A stretch of DNA of 58,915 bases from Thraustochytrium aureum (lineage: Eukaryota): contig BLSG01000330.1 of assembly GCA_012862495.1 (NCBI GenBank), positions 1 through 58,915 of the forward strand. The letters are read 5' to 3'. Under the pieces are notes generated by a model. The model made no database searches. It was not told where the DNA came from and worked only from the letters and a program-made list of their open reading frames with translations. Positions 1-11,737 of this stretch are shown piece by piece. Positions within the stretch are counted from its first letter, which is position 1. Every line of letters begins with the position of its first letter. A program made the position numbers and the translations under genes.

Positions 1-1923
1 TTGCCAAATGCAAGGGCGAAAACGAGCAGACGCCCCGAACTTGAAGCGTTGCTCCGTCTATCGAAGCGTTGCTCCTTCTATCGTAGGTGGATCTGGACCC
101 GACTTCTGCCCAAGGTCCGTCACGGTCTGTCTATCTGTCTCTGTGCCAATCCAACTTCGCGTTGGTTTGCCAGCGTTTCTGGGCCAGTGGGCCTGTGATG
201 GCATGCATGCGTGCTTGGAACACCGTGATGACGCGGTGCTTGGTCATTCATTCAGGCATTCTCCAAGCAGGGCACACCACCATCATGCGCAGTCGTCGCA
301 CGAGCGACGCGGGCGGCAGGCAGGCTGGTCGACTGGCGAGCAGCGTGCGTGCTTGCTCGCTCCTCTGCACGGAGCATCACTTCGTCCACACAAACCACGA
401 ACAACTCTTGAACGCCGTGCGAGCGGAGCGGTACTCGGGTGGGAACGAGAGAAAGCAAGCAAGAAGGCAGGAAAGCGGCCCCGGGGCTTGGCTTTGCTCT
501 TGAAGCCGCTGCCAAAGTCTCTCGGACGAGCTTGCCACAGTCCGTCGCTCGCGCAGGGCCTCCTCGCGTTCCGCATATTCCTGCCCGGACGCGAGCGGTG
601 AGCCAGCGAGGGCGTTTTGATGGTGTTCTTCGCGTTCTATGGGCGGCCGCTTCTTTGCGGCTGCGTCCCCACTGACCGCAGCTTCCTTCCTTCCGCTGTG
701 CGGATTTCGCCGGGTTGGCGTTTGGCGCCAAGTGCCGAAACAGAGTGCAGGGAGCGCCTTGGCCAGTTGAGAACTCCCGAGAGCAGCTCGGAACAACCGG
801 CTCCGCTCGAGGGCCTTTCGCTCTATTTTCCCGCCTCGGCGCGCAGCGCTCAAGAGTCCGCTTGGGCAGTGAGGCGGACAACAGAACTGGTTTCCCGCAA
901 CGACGAGATGTCTGCGGCGGCGCAGAGATCTCCTGCTCACAATCCACTGCAGCTCTCGCGATCGATGAACATGCACAATTCCCCGCTTTGTCCACTCGGA
1001 GAATCCACCCACACCGACGCGAGTGCGGGGTTGGCGTGGCATCTCTCGCGGCTCTTGACCCGCGCCGTCTTTCCATGGCCCCGCTGTATAAAGCTGCTAG
1101 CCCCACTCCTGTTCAGGAGGCGCCCCACTTTCCCGCCAAACGGAGCCCTCCTCCGCAAAAACCAACCTACTGTTTCGCAGAGAAGCTGCCGTCACACAAG
1201 TGCTCGTGCGTGAGAGACGCGAAAGCACCTCTCACCGGGGCCGAACTCCCAAGTGCATTTCGTCTCCTGACCAAACGACGAACACCTTACCCAATACGGG
1301 AGGAAAGAGAGGATTTATTTAAAAAACTAACTAACTAACTCTGCGAGCTAGCCCGACTCGGAGGGCCGCACGACCGAAAAGGACAGACGCAGACGCCCCC
1401 CCACAGGGCGAACAGCCTCGACCGCAAGCCACCAAAAAACNNNNNNNNNNNNNNNNNNNNNNNNNNNNNNNNNNNNNNNNNNNNNNNNNNNNNNNNNNNN
1501 NNNNNNNNNNNNNNNNNNNNNNNNNNNNNNNNNNNNNNNNNNNNNNNNNNNNNNNNNNNNNNNNNNNNNNNNNNNNNNNNNNNNNNNNNNNNNNNNNNNN
1601 NNNNNNNNNNNNNNNNNNNNNNNNNNNNNNNNNNNNNNNNNNNNNNNNNNNNNNNNNNNNNNNNNNNNNNNNNNNNNNNNNNNNNNNNNNNNNNNNNNNN
1701 NNNNNNNNNNNNNNNNNNNNNNNNNNNNNNNNNNNNNNNNNNNNNNNNNNNNNNNNNNNNNNNNNNNNNNNNNNNNNNNNNNNNNNNNNNNNNNNNNNNN
1801 NNNNNNNNNNNNNNNNNNNNNNNNNNNNNNNNNNNNNNNNNNNNNNNNNNNNNNNNNNNNNNNNNNNNNNNNNNNNNNNNNNNNNNNNNNNNNNNNNNNN
1901 NNNNNNNNNNNGGCCAGCACGGC

Positions 1924-2177
1924 ATGGGCGGCAACGTCTCGGCCGGCCTCGCCCCGCCGACTGCACAGGGCTCGCAGATGAGCGGCGCGCAGGCCCAGCA
2001 GCGGCATCACCACGACCAAGTTCACCAAAACTACACCCCCCATGGACATGTGCACAACGCCATGGGCCAGCAGCAGCAGCAGCAGCAGCACGCCCAAGGC
2101 GTCATGCCACCACCTTTGCCCCCAGGGCACGTAGACCAGCAGGACCTCATGCACTTGGCGAGCAACGGCAACCTCAA

Positions 2178-2210
<33 letters not shown>

Positions 2211-4725
2211 CAACAACAACTCAAGCAGGAACAGGAGTAGTAGCGCAACAATAGGGGAGAGCAAGCGGCCGCGGCTCTCGAGCACCGACCTCATAGACTT
2301 TGACGACTTCCTCGGCGCCATCCCCGCCGAGCCAATATCGGCCTTCCAGGCGTTCGACCAGCACGCGCTCGGCGCCGCAGGGGAGCCCCGAGAGTACTCG
2401 AACAGCCTTGACGGCTTTGACGATCTCCCCGGGCTCGTACAAGGCGATGTGAACGGATTCGCCGGAGCGTCGATGGCAGGCAACGACTTTCTGACAATGA
2501 CCACAAAGGAGCACTGCCTCGTGATGTCGCAGCGCCTCGTGGAGATGGCGCGTCGCAACGAGTGCTGCGACCTCGACATCGTCGTCCCCCAAAGCTCGGG
2601 GTCTGGCTCTGGCGCCGGGGGCGCGCAACCGCCAAAACGCCCGCTGGTGCTGCACTTGCACTCGGCTTATGCATGCGCCACCTCGCCAGTGCTGCGACAG
2701 CTCGTGATGGAGCGCGGCCGCCGGGGCGGTGCTGACAGCTCCGGCCGCCCAGGCAAGCGCGACTTCCTCGGCCAGAGCTCTCCCTCGTGCCACTCGATCT
2801 CCGGCGACACCGACTCGTACGAGTCGAGCGCGCCCGCCAAGGCCGCTCTCGGCGCTTCAGCTGGAGCATCGAAGGGCGGGGCGCCCGGGCTGCAGACCAA
2901 ACCGGAAGGGAACGGAGACGCGGCCCACGGCGCGTCGGGGGCCAAGTCCTCTTCCTCCGCGTCATCGTCGACCGCTGCCGTGCCGCCGAGCAAAAAGCGC
3001 AAGGCTGGCGCGCAGTGCAAGAGCGAGTCTGGCGAGGAGGACGCTGCGGCGACAGCGGCAGAATCTGGCGCTGGGCAGGCGCAGCGGCAGAGGTATGCGG
3101 GCCCGGAAGGCGCAACGCTCCTGAGCTCGGCCAAGGTGTCGACCAAGATGGAGATGGGCGCGCTGCGCACCGTGATCGAGCTGCAGGGCGACTCGATGGA
3201 CCTGAACACGCTCCAGATCGTGCGCACCTACATGTACACAGGAATCCTGCAGTTTAATCAGCAGGTCCTCTTCAACGTCCTCGAGTGCGCCCTCTTCCTC
3301 GACATGCAGCCGCTCGTCAACCTCGTTCTCGAGTACGTCCGCGTCAACATCTCGAGCGAGAACGTGTTCGAAGCGCTCCGGATCGCCCAGCAGCACAGCC
3401 TCCTCGCGCTCGAGCAAACGGCCGTCGAGTTCTTCAGCAACAACTTTGACGCCCTCGCTGAGACAGAGCCGTGGATGGACGCCCCCGAGGACATCGTGCT
3501 GCGCCTGGTCCAGCGCGACTCCCTTCGTACCCAGAGCGAGTTTGCCGTTTTCAACGCGGTAGCGAGGTGGGCGCGGGCCAGCCCAGCAGAGCGCAACGCC
3601 GCCTTCGTCGACATTATTTGCAACCATATCCGCCTCGCCAACATGACGCGCGCCGACCTCATGGAGCTCAGCAAGCACGAGACCTGCGCAGCTTCAAAGC
3701 AGGTCCGCCGCGCGTTGTACGACGAGGCCGTCTCGCGCGTCCAGGGCGGCGGCAAGAAGCACGCGGCCACCCCTCGCGTGTACGGCAACGTCGACGCGGC
3801 CCTCGAGGGCTCCGGGGAAGCCGCAGCGCACCAAGCGGCCTACCCGCTAGAGGTGCGCCGTTGCGTGCACACCATCACCGACCACGAGCGCCCCGTCTGT
3901 GCGCTGGCCGTCGTGCAGGGCCACCTTGTCGTCACCGCCTCGGGCGACCACAAGCTCCGCGTCTTTGACGCCAACGATGGCTGGAAGTGCCAGCGCGTGC
4001 TCGAGGGGCACACCAATGCGATCGTCGCCATTCGCGCGTTCGAAGACAAGCTCATCTCGGCCTCCCCCGACAAGACCATTCGCGTCTGGTCCACCAAGAC
4101 CTGGACCTGCATCCGCACCTTGCACACGGCAAAGAGCGCCACTTGTTCCATGATTGTCCTAGGCGACCGCCTCATCACCGGCTCGGACGACGGCTGCCTC
4201 AAACTCTGGGGCGTTGGTGGCTGGAGCCTCCTGAGAACGGTGCCTGCCCACCAGCACGTCGTCTGGGCTCTTGCAAAGTATGGCCAGGACACGCTTATCT
4301 CGGGCTCGTCGGACACTTCCATCAAGGTTTGGAGCGTGCAGCGCAACGAGTTTAGCCTCATTACGACCATCAAGGCCCACAACGACGAGGTCCAGGCCCT
4401 CGCTGTGGACCCGGTCAACCATTGGCTCCTCTCTGGCTCGGATGACGGGACCATCAACATCCACGACTGCAAGACCTGGACCCTATTGCACACCCTGAAC
4501 TGGGAGGGCCGCGCAGTTCTCTCCCTCCTCAACTATGGGAACCGCATCATTGCCGGTCTTGGCAACGGCGTGGTCAACATCTGGAGCAAGGACACGATCC
4601 TGACGAGCGACGAGGCCCTCGCGACGCTCTCCGAGCACAAGTCGTGCGTCATGGCTCTCACGGTGCTCAACGGCCACCTTCTCACCGCGGGCTACGACCG
4701 CACTGTCAAGGTATGGGGCCCGTGA
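1924..4725 (+). CDS. BTB/POZ-BACK-WD40 repeat protein (putative Cul3 adaptor); 5' end may extend into the upstream gap
   Basis: 933-aa ORF. BTB elements CDLDIVV..HSAYACATSPVL and VIEL..TLQIVRTYMYTG; BACK-like ISSENVF..FFSNNF..SEFAVFNAVARW; about 7 WD40 repeats (GHTNAI..SASPDKTIRVW, SGSSDTSIKVW, TAGYDRTVKVW); polyQ/S/N N-terminus. Confidence 0.88.
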
Positions 4726-5323
4726 GCTCCGCTCGTGTGATTCTTGTTTCTGCCCTCGCTACGATTCTCCTTGTGTGAGCGTCGCCCACCCTTCTGCAAC
4801 ATCACCTATTGGCGCTGGCGCGAGCTGCTGCAAGATTTTGCTGCTGCCCCCTGGCGCGCTTTTCTGTTGTTTGTTTTTCTTCGCTGTCGTCAGCTGTCAG
4901 AAATCCTTCCGCCGTCCCTACACGTAATTTTCTACCCTATCTGGAATGTTTTTCGCTGCGTTGGCTCGCGCACGCGCGCGTTGTGACCTCCATCCACGGC
5001 AGTGCGGGAGAGTTTGTCTGGCTCTGGCCACACCGTTGTCGCTGCAAGCTGCTCTTGGCGTGACGGCTGAGAGCGCGTGACCGTGCTCGCTGGACCGCGT
5101 TCGCGCGCTTTCTGCAAAGTACCCTCGGGTACCGACAGAGCAGTACTCGAGACAGAGACAGAAGTTGTGCCCGAAGTAACAAGTGCTTGCCTCACCAACC
5201 GAGCTTGCCTCTTTATTTCAACCAAGAAAGATTGACTCTGACGCTAGGTAGCTAGTATGGTCAGCCACGAGGCTCGAGCTCCCCTTTGGCAGCGGCGGCG
5301 CGCCGCGGGCCGCGAGGAGACGC

Positions 5324-7345
5324 TTAGGTTTCCTGCTCTTGCGCTCCACGGCTCCCCGAAGCCGCTACAACTCGTCGGCGGCCCCAGATGTCCTTGGCCT
5401 CGCGGTAAACGAGCCGCGCAAGCATGAGCGCGCTGAGCGACTGCGCAACCATGAGAAAGTGCCACACGCTTGCCCAACTAGACGTAGAAATCCACCCGAC
5501 CACGACGCCCTGCACCATCGCCCCAAACGAGCCGGTGCCATCAATTATCCCGGTCACCAGCGACAGCAGACGGTCGTTGCCTTTCACTTGGGTGCCGAGG
5601 TCGGCCGCCACCGCCGTAGTGATGAGCGCGTACGGGGCGTTGATGAAAAACCCAACGAGGATCATGAGTGCGACATTGGGCCCCACGCGGTTCCCCACCG
5701 CCTCGGTCTCGGCATAGTAGTAGGCCATCACGGGAACGCCAATGACCTGAAACCCAAAGGCAACGATGCCGCGAGCGCCGATGCGGTCCGACAAGTACCC
5801 GGCCACGATGCCGCCGAGAACGCCGCCGATGTCGAAGAAGCTGCACAGGTAGCCCGCCTCTTCGGAGGTGAAGCCCACACTTGTCAGGTAGTACGGCCCC
5901 CAGTACAAAAGGCTGTACGCGCACATCTTGCTGAACATGAGCGACACGGAAAAGGGGATCAAGCCCGGGATTCGAGCGACCGCCATCAGCGTCTCGCCCA
6001 GCCCCGCGTGCGCGCGCAGGGGCGCCTCGCCCTCCCCCTCATCGCGCGCCTCGCGCAAAAGGGGCGTGTCCAGGTCGCCGTCCCGCCCGGGCGGCGCCGG
6101 ACGCCCCGCCGAGGCGTCGAGCTCGTGAGCAGAGCGATACTCGTACGAGAGCTCGGACCGGGCGTCCTCTTCGATCTGGCCAGAGCCGGCCTCGGTCCAG
6201 CTCGAATCGGGACCGACCAAGCCAGCGTCGCGCGGGTGAGGCTGCAGGAACGAAAAGACAATCACAGCGCTGACCATCATGACCAAACCGGGCACGGCGT
6301 ACCCCAAGGGCCAGTCCTCGTGGTGCATCCCTGCGCCAACTGACGCAGCAGTTATCACAGACCCCAGGATGTTGCCCAGCGAGGTGTGGGAGTTCCACAT
6401 GCCCATGACGAACCCGCGGCTTCCGTGGCCAAACCAGCTCCCCATCACGGCCACCACGCTCGGCCACCCGATGGATTGCAGCAGACCAAACATCGCATTG
6501 ACCAGCACAAAGTACGTCATTGAGTGTATGTGCCAGCTGTATGCAAAGGCCATCAGGAACATGCAGACGGCCGAGCCCCCCATGCCCAGCAGCAGAAACA
6601 GGCGCAGGTCCACGCGGTCGCCCAGGTAGCCCGACACAAAGAGCCCGACGGTGTAAAACCCGAGAAACACCGAGTCGAGCGAGCCGAGCAGCACGCCTCC
6701 GTCCGTCAAGTCGGGCTTGACCTTGATGGTCTTGTCGACGGCAAAGCCGCCTGCCTCGTCCGCGCGGTGCCACTGTACCTGGTCCCCGTTCTTGCTTGAC
6801 GGGACTGCGGGAAGCGGCCCGTTTGTGTCCTGCGCAAACAGGACACTTCCTGTTGTGGACCCGTTTCGCCGGGGTTGGGGCTCGGCGACGCGAGCCAGAG
6901 CCCAGCAGGTGCCCCAACCAAGAGGGCACTCGAGGCCCGTGATTTGGTCGCTCGGGAGGAGGGCAAGCCAGATGTGGCCCACGTCGACCTTGTCGCCGTG
7001 GCGGACGTACGCCGTGCAGGGGGCGTCCTTGTCAAAGGCCCCCGCGCACTTGAAGTCGCCGTCGATGCCGGTGCGCGACTCGGAAACCACGTAGCCTGCT
7101 TGGGAGACTTTCAGGGGGACCAGGTCTTGGTTGAACGGGGCCCACCCGGGGTTGTCTTGCGGGTCATAAGAGCTCTTGCCCGCAGAAGACTGCGGGTGCA
7201 GTGCGCCTTTGGTCACGCTCGACACCTTGCGCGTGAGGTGAAAGCACATATACGACAGGAACGTCAGCGCGAACGCGCGAGCGCGGCCCCACCGGAGCGC
7301 TCGCGCGTTCGATTCGCGCGCGAGGGCTTCCGCGTCCCATTCCAT
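5324..7345 (-). CDS. MFS sugar-phosphate/glycerol-3-phosphate exchanger (SLC37/OPA family)
   Basis: ATG at 7345 (MEWDAE). Motifs TFLSYMCFHLTRK, SGYLGDRVDLR, QSIGWPSVVAVMGSWFG..RGFVMGMWNSHTSLGNILG, PYALITTAVAADLG, GIIDGTGSFGA; about 12 TM segments. Confidence 0.92.
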   Translation of the reverse strand: MEWDAEALARESNARALRWGRARAFALTFLSYMCFHLTRKVSSVTKGALHPQSSAGKSSYDPQDNPGWAPFNQDLVPLKVSQAGYVVSESRTGIDGDFKCAGAFDKDAPCTAYVRHGDKVDVGHIWLALLPSDQITGLECPLGWGTCWALARVAEPQPRRNGSTTGSVLFAQDTNGPLPAVPSSKNGDQVQWHRADEAGGFAVDKTIKVKPDLTDGGVLLGSLDSVFLGFYTVGLFVSGYLGDRVDLRLFLLLGMGGSAVCMFLMAFAYSWHIHSMTYFVLVNAMFGLLQSIGWPSVVAVMGSWFGHGSRGFVMGMWNSHTSLGNILGSVITAASVGAGMHHEDWPLGYAVPGLVMMVSAVIVFSFLQPHPRDAGLVGPDSSWTEAGSGQIEEDARSELSYEYRSAHELDASAGRPAPPGRDGDLDTPLLREARDEGEGEAPLRAHAGLGETLMAVARIPGLIPFSVSLMFSKMCAYSLLYWGPYYLTSVGFTSEEAGYLCSFFDIGGVLGGIVAGYLSDRIGARGIVAFGFQVIGVPVMAYYYAETEAVGNRVGPNVALMILVGFFINAPYALITTAVAADLGTQVKGNDRLLSLVTGIIDGTGSFGAMVQGVVVGWISTSSWASVWHFLMVAQSLSALMLARLVYREAKDIWGRRRVVAASGSRGAQEQET

Positions 7346-9652
7346 CGTCGCCGCCACGCGGCGCTCGCGCAGCACGAGGGCGCGCCTGGGGGCGTTCGGC
7401 CTCAGCGGCCGCCGAGAGCCTCAGCCGCCGCCCGCCCAGCCTCGCAGGCAGCACGCAGCGCGCGGGGGCGAGGTAGCTGTGCGAGCTGAACCGCGCGACA
7501 GGATGCGAAACGGATCTGCCCGTCGAGGGGGACACGTGGTCAGCCAGCGCCTCTCCGTCCCCGAGTGCGCGGGCGGGTGAGAGAAGCAGGCAGGCCGCGC
7601 TGGCTGGCTATGCCTGTACAGCTGGCGGAGCATCAACTGGGAAGGAAAGCAAGCGCGGCGCAGGCTGCGCTGCCGCGCAACGAACAAGGCCCAGCGTGTC
7701 AGGTGCGGCGAGGTGCAGCGAAGTAGACAGAGCTGGCCTGCCTGAGTTGCTTGGCTGACATGGGCTGGCGGACAGGCGGCGTTTGTCTGTCGCCGCCGTG
7801 CGCGACCGCGCTGCCCTGCGAGGCGGAGTAGTGGGTCGTGCGAGTTGTACGCGTACGCATCGAACTCCCAGCGTCGTGGCTCGCCGCGTTCAACTCGTGC
7901 TGCTCAACCTACCTACCGACTGTTCGTTCTCTCATCGCGAAACCGCGAACATTTCGCACGCGCCAGGGGCCACCAACGACCGTGCTGTGAATGCTGGTGG
8001 CCTGGCCTGACAGACATCTGTCGCCTCTGCTCGAGCTCGCTTCGAGCGAATCGAGCAAGGGTCGATGCCACCCCACCAGCGACCAGCGACCAGCGACGCC
8101 AATGTCTGTCGTCTAGCTTGATCTTGATCAAGATGAAGAAACAAACAGCAACGTTCCTGCCATCCCAGCACAGGGCAGCACATCGCACGCATGCTCTCTT
8201 GCTCTCGTGCTTGCTTGCTCGCTCGCTTCGCCTCCCGTCTCGTGGCGCCCGCAACAACCAAGGAGGATGGATAGATAACTAACTAACCATCGGCGCTCGC
8301 GCGCCAACGGGCGCGAGGCCAAAGACAAGCAAACAAACATGAAGCCCACGATCGCCTCCGTGGCATGTCGCCCCATCCTCCTTCTGCACGCATCGACCGA
8401 CGCCGTCTTCAGCCCCGACAACCGCCTGCCCGCCCCAGCCCGAACAAACCGCCTCCTCGCCGCATGCCTCACCATCTGCCCTGCCCAGCAGCGCCATTGC
8501 GTCACGGCCCCTCTCCCACTTAAGCCCCCTGTCCCCTGCAGCGCCGCTTACGTCACATTCACACTAATTCAAATCGCCCCGCCGAACAATACGATCCCTC
8601 ATTGTTCCCCGCGCGAGCGCGTCCCTTTCGCACGAGACAGCGCGAGGCAGGCGCGTCTATAAAAACGCAATACACCGCGTCGCGTTGCGTGCGTATGCGC
8701 CGGGAGGGTGCCGTGCGAGGGGCGCGCCCGGGCGGTTTTCCCCGTTTTAGGGTTCTGCGGGGCTGCCGCAGTTGTGAGGCGCGGCAGCCCCGCGCGGGTT
8801 TCCCCTCACAACTGTCCCCGTCTTCACGCCAACTTCGACTAGCGCTCAAGCAGCGGCGCCGGGCCCCTCTCAAGCACAGTGTGAGGGCGAGCAGCGGCTG
8901 GGCCGGGGTGCGGGCAACTCGCTCGGAGTAACGTGCGGGGCGCGAATCCGTCGTGGGGACCGGCGCACCTTGCTGCCGTGCGCGTGCATCCGCCTGGGGC
9001 AGAGTGGGCTCCGCTCTGCCACACCTAGCTCTGCGGTGTTTTTGTGGTCTGCTCTCAGTCTGTCAAGTGGTTTTTTTGCACGTTTCACGCTCTGTGGGGC
9101 GAGGTGCTACGGCCGGCTACGGTAATTGCGTAAGAGTGCCTGTGAGGGCTGGCTGGCTGGCGTGCCTGTGATCGTGGCAGAATGCCTGCTTGCTTGCTTG
9201 CTTGCTTGCTCGATGCTGGCAGTGCAGCAACCTACCTGCCGGCGAGATCCATCGAGCGCTGCGAAGGCGGTAGACCCAGAGGTTGGTTGAGTGAGTGAGT
9301 GAGCGAGTTGCGGCGGGCTGGCGGGCTGGCAGGCTGGCTGGCGGGCTGGTGGCTGGCTGGTGGGGTTTGGCGATCGCCGCGGTTGGGAGGCTCGACGGCT
9401 TCCGTGAAAACCAAACCGTCAACCACCCAACCAAACACACAACCCGCGCGCGAGAGCATACCAAACCATCCACTCTCTCGTCCAGTGGGGCAGCAGAGGC
9501 TGGGCAGAGGCTGGGCAGAGGCTGACTTGAGCGAGACGGAAGACAGTCGAAATCGATCCATCCACAACTCCCAGCGCAGCAGTACCGCAATAGCGCGAGG
9601 CTACCGACGCAAACTCTGCCAACCGGAAATTCCAAGCGATTCAGCAGCACAA

Positions 9653-10854
9653 ATGGCTTCATGGCAAGGCAGCCTCCGGTCGTCCGACAACCCGACCAAG
9701 GACTTGACCATGGGCATTCCGAAGGGCCTCGCGGCCGGCAAGCCGCGCGTTGGGCCCAAGGGCGGCGCAACGCGCAACGCGCTTGGCGACATCTCGAACC
9801 GCACGACCGGCGGAAACGGCACGCTCGCGTATCGCGCCGTGAAAAAGGCAAGCAAGCCCTTCTCGATCGCCCAAAACTGAGGATGACTCCAAGATGGAGG
9901 CCGTCCGGCAGCTGCCGCAAGTGCAGCCCCAGATGGCTCCTTCTGTGCACGATTCGTCGGTGTGCATGGAGGACGACGACATGGCCATGGCCGCCGACCC
10001 GCACCACACCCCGGCCCCGGAGGTTGACCGCGCCGACATCAACGACCTGCACAACCCCAAGTACGCCGCCGAATACGTGGGCGACATCTACAGGCACTAC
10101 CGCGAGGTCGAGTCCAAGTTCCTGCCCGCTGCCGACTACATGGAGACCCAGACCGACATCAACGCCAAGATGCGCGCGTTGCTGGTCGACTGGCTGATCC
10201 AAGTCCACGTCAAGTTTGAGCTCCTCCCCAGACGCTCTATCTCACCNNNNNNNNNNNNNNNNNNNNNNNNNNNNNNNNNNNNNNNNNNNNNNNNNNNNNN
10301 NNNNNNNNNNGGTCGTGCCGCGCCGCAAGCTCCAGCTCGTGGGCTGCGCCGCCATGCTCGTCGCCTCCAAGTACGAGGAGATCTACGCGCCGGAGTGCAG
10401 CGACTTTGTCAACATGTCGGACAAGGCCTTCACAGTGGACGAGTTGCTCCGGATGGAGAGCATCCTTCTCAACGTGCTGGGCTTTCACCTGACGCAGCCC
10501 TCGCCTTACACCTTCCTTCGTCGGTACATGAAGGTGGCCTGCTCGACGGCCAAGACACAGCACTTTGCCACCTTCTTGGTGGAGCGCTCGCTACAAGAGT
10601 ACGACATGCTCAAGTTCAAGCCCTCGCTCATCGCTGGCGCGGCGCTCTTCATCGCGCAGGGGCTCACAGACGACCGCCGGACCTGGGGCTCTACGCTCAT
10701 GCGCCACTCGGGGTACACCCCGGACGACCTGCAAGACTGTATCGAGGTCATCAAGTCGTTGTACAGCCACAACCAGAAAAACTACCTGCAGGCCGTCAAG
10801 CGCAAGTACTCGAGCTCAAAGTACATGCACGTGTCGATGATCAGCCTCGTGTAA
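9653..10854 (+). CDS. B-type mitotic cyclin (frame change near 9850-9893, internal N-gap)
   Basis: D-box RNALGDISN in frame from ATG 9653; cyclin box MRALLVDWLIQVH; KLQLVGCAAMLVASKYEEIYAP; C-terminal AVKRKYSSSKY. Confidence 0.92.
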
Positions 10855-11513
10855 GCCCGCATCCCCCCCAACCCAAGGCCAGCTTGGGGCGCATGTGGTG
10901 CTGGGGTCGGGTCGCAAGATCGAACGAAGCGTTGAGGTTGGCCTCACGACAGAGCGAGGACGCACGCGAGTAGGGGAGCAAAGCAAGCGAGCCCAACTCA
11001 CCCATCACCTCAGCCCCCTTGCCTCCGCCCTTCCATAGCCGGCCGCGATAGATCGTATGTTAGATACCACGTGCTTGTACCTTGTGGAAAGGTACAAGGC
11101 GGGGCAGGGCCTGCGACGCTCGGCGGCCGGGCCCACGGCGGCGGGGCTCCGGACGAGCCCGGCGACTGGATCACAGGTAAAATATATAACATCCAATCCA
11201 AAATCCATCCAACCCGGTCCCAAGCATGCAACGGCGGCCGATGGCTAGCGCTAGCTCTAGTCGAGCCTGCTGGAAGAAGGTGCACTGCTAGGTAGGCGCC
11301 GTGCGAATCGGTGCCAATCAGGTTGGCTGTTCGCGGTTTCAAGTGGAACGGGTTGCAGCTCGCTCGCCTCTGGTCGGTGTCGATCCAATCGACTGAGCAA
11401 ACTGGCCCGTGGCTGCCCCGCTTGACCCGACCAGAGCAGCTAGCTCTTTTACCCTCCCTCTAGCTGGAGGGTCCGAGCTCGAGAGGGGCCAACCAAGGAC
11501 TGATAGAAGTGAA

Positions 11514-11696
11514 GATGCGCTTGTGGTTTCGATGTGGTTCGATGTGCTTGTGGTTCGATGTGCTTGTGGTTCGATGTACTTGTGGTTTGGATGTGGTTTC
11601 GATGTACTACTTGTGGTTTCGATGTACTTGTGGTTTGGATGTGCTTGTGGTTTCGTCGTGCATGCCTTTTCGACGTGCATGCCTTTTCGACGTGCT
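11514..11696. repeat. Degenerate GT-rich minisatellite (unit ~GATGTRCTTGTGGTTTC) followed by a 2x TGCATGCCTTTTCGACG tandem
   Basis: About 9 head-to-tail copies of a 16-17-nt unit or its shortened variants, visible directly with no spacers; lies just 3' of the M17 gene. Confidence 0.85.
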
Positions 11697-11737
11697 GGTG
11701 GCTTAGGGAGCCAATCGAGCTGCGTGCGACGGGCGGC

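Noticed and set aside
1..1440. Overlapping 200-280-aa ORFs and a short GAAGCGTTGCTCC direct repeat (43-75)
   Set aside because: Arg/Ala/Ser-rich GC shadow ORFs with no motif; probably upstream non-coding DNA.
7400..9600. Many short ORFs between the MFS and cyclin genes
   Set aside because: No domain signal, and microsatellite-rich; consistent with a divergent promoter/UTR region.
11514..11696. CRISPR array or telomeric repeat
   Set aside because: Units are adjacent without unique spacers, there are no cas genes, the context is eukaryotic, and the unit is not TTAGGG-like and is internal.
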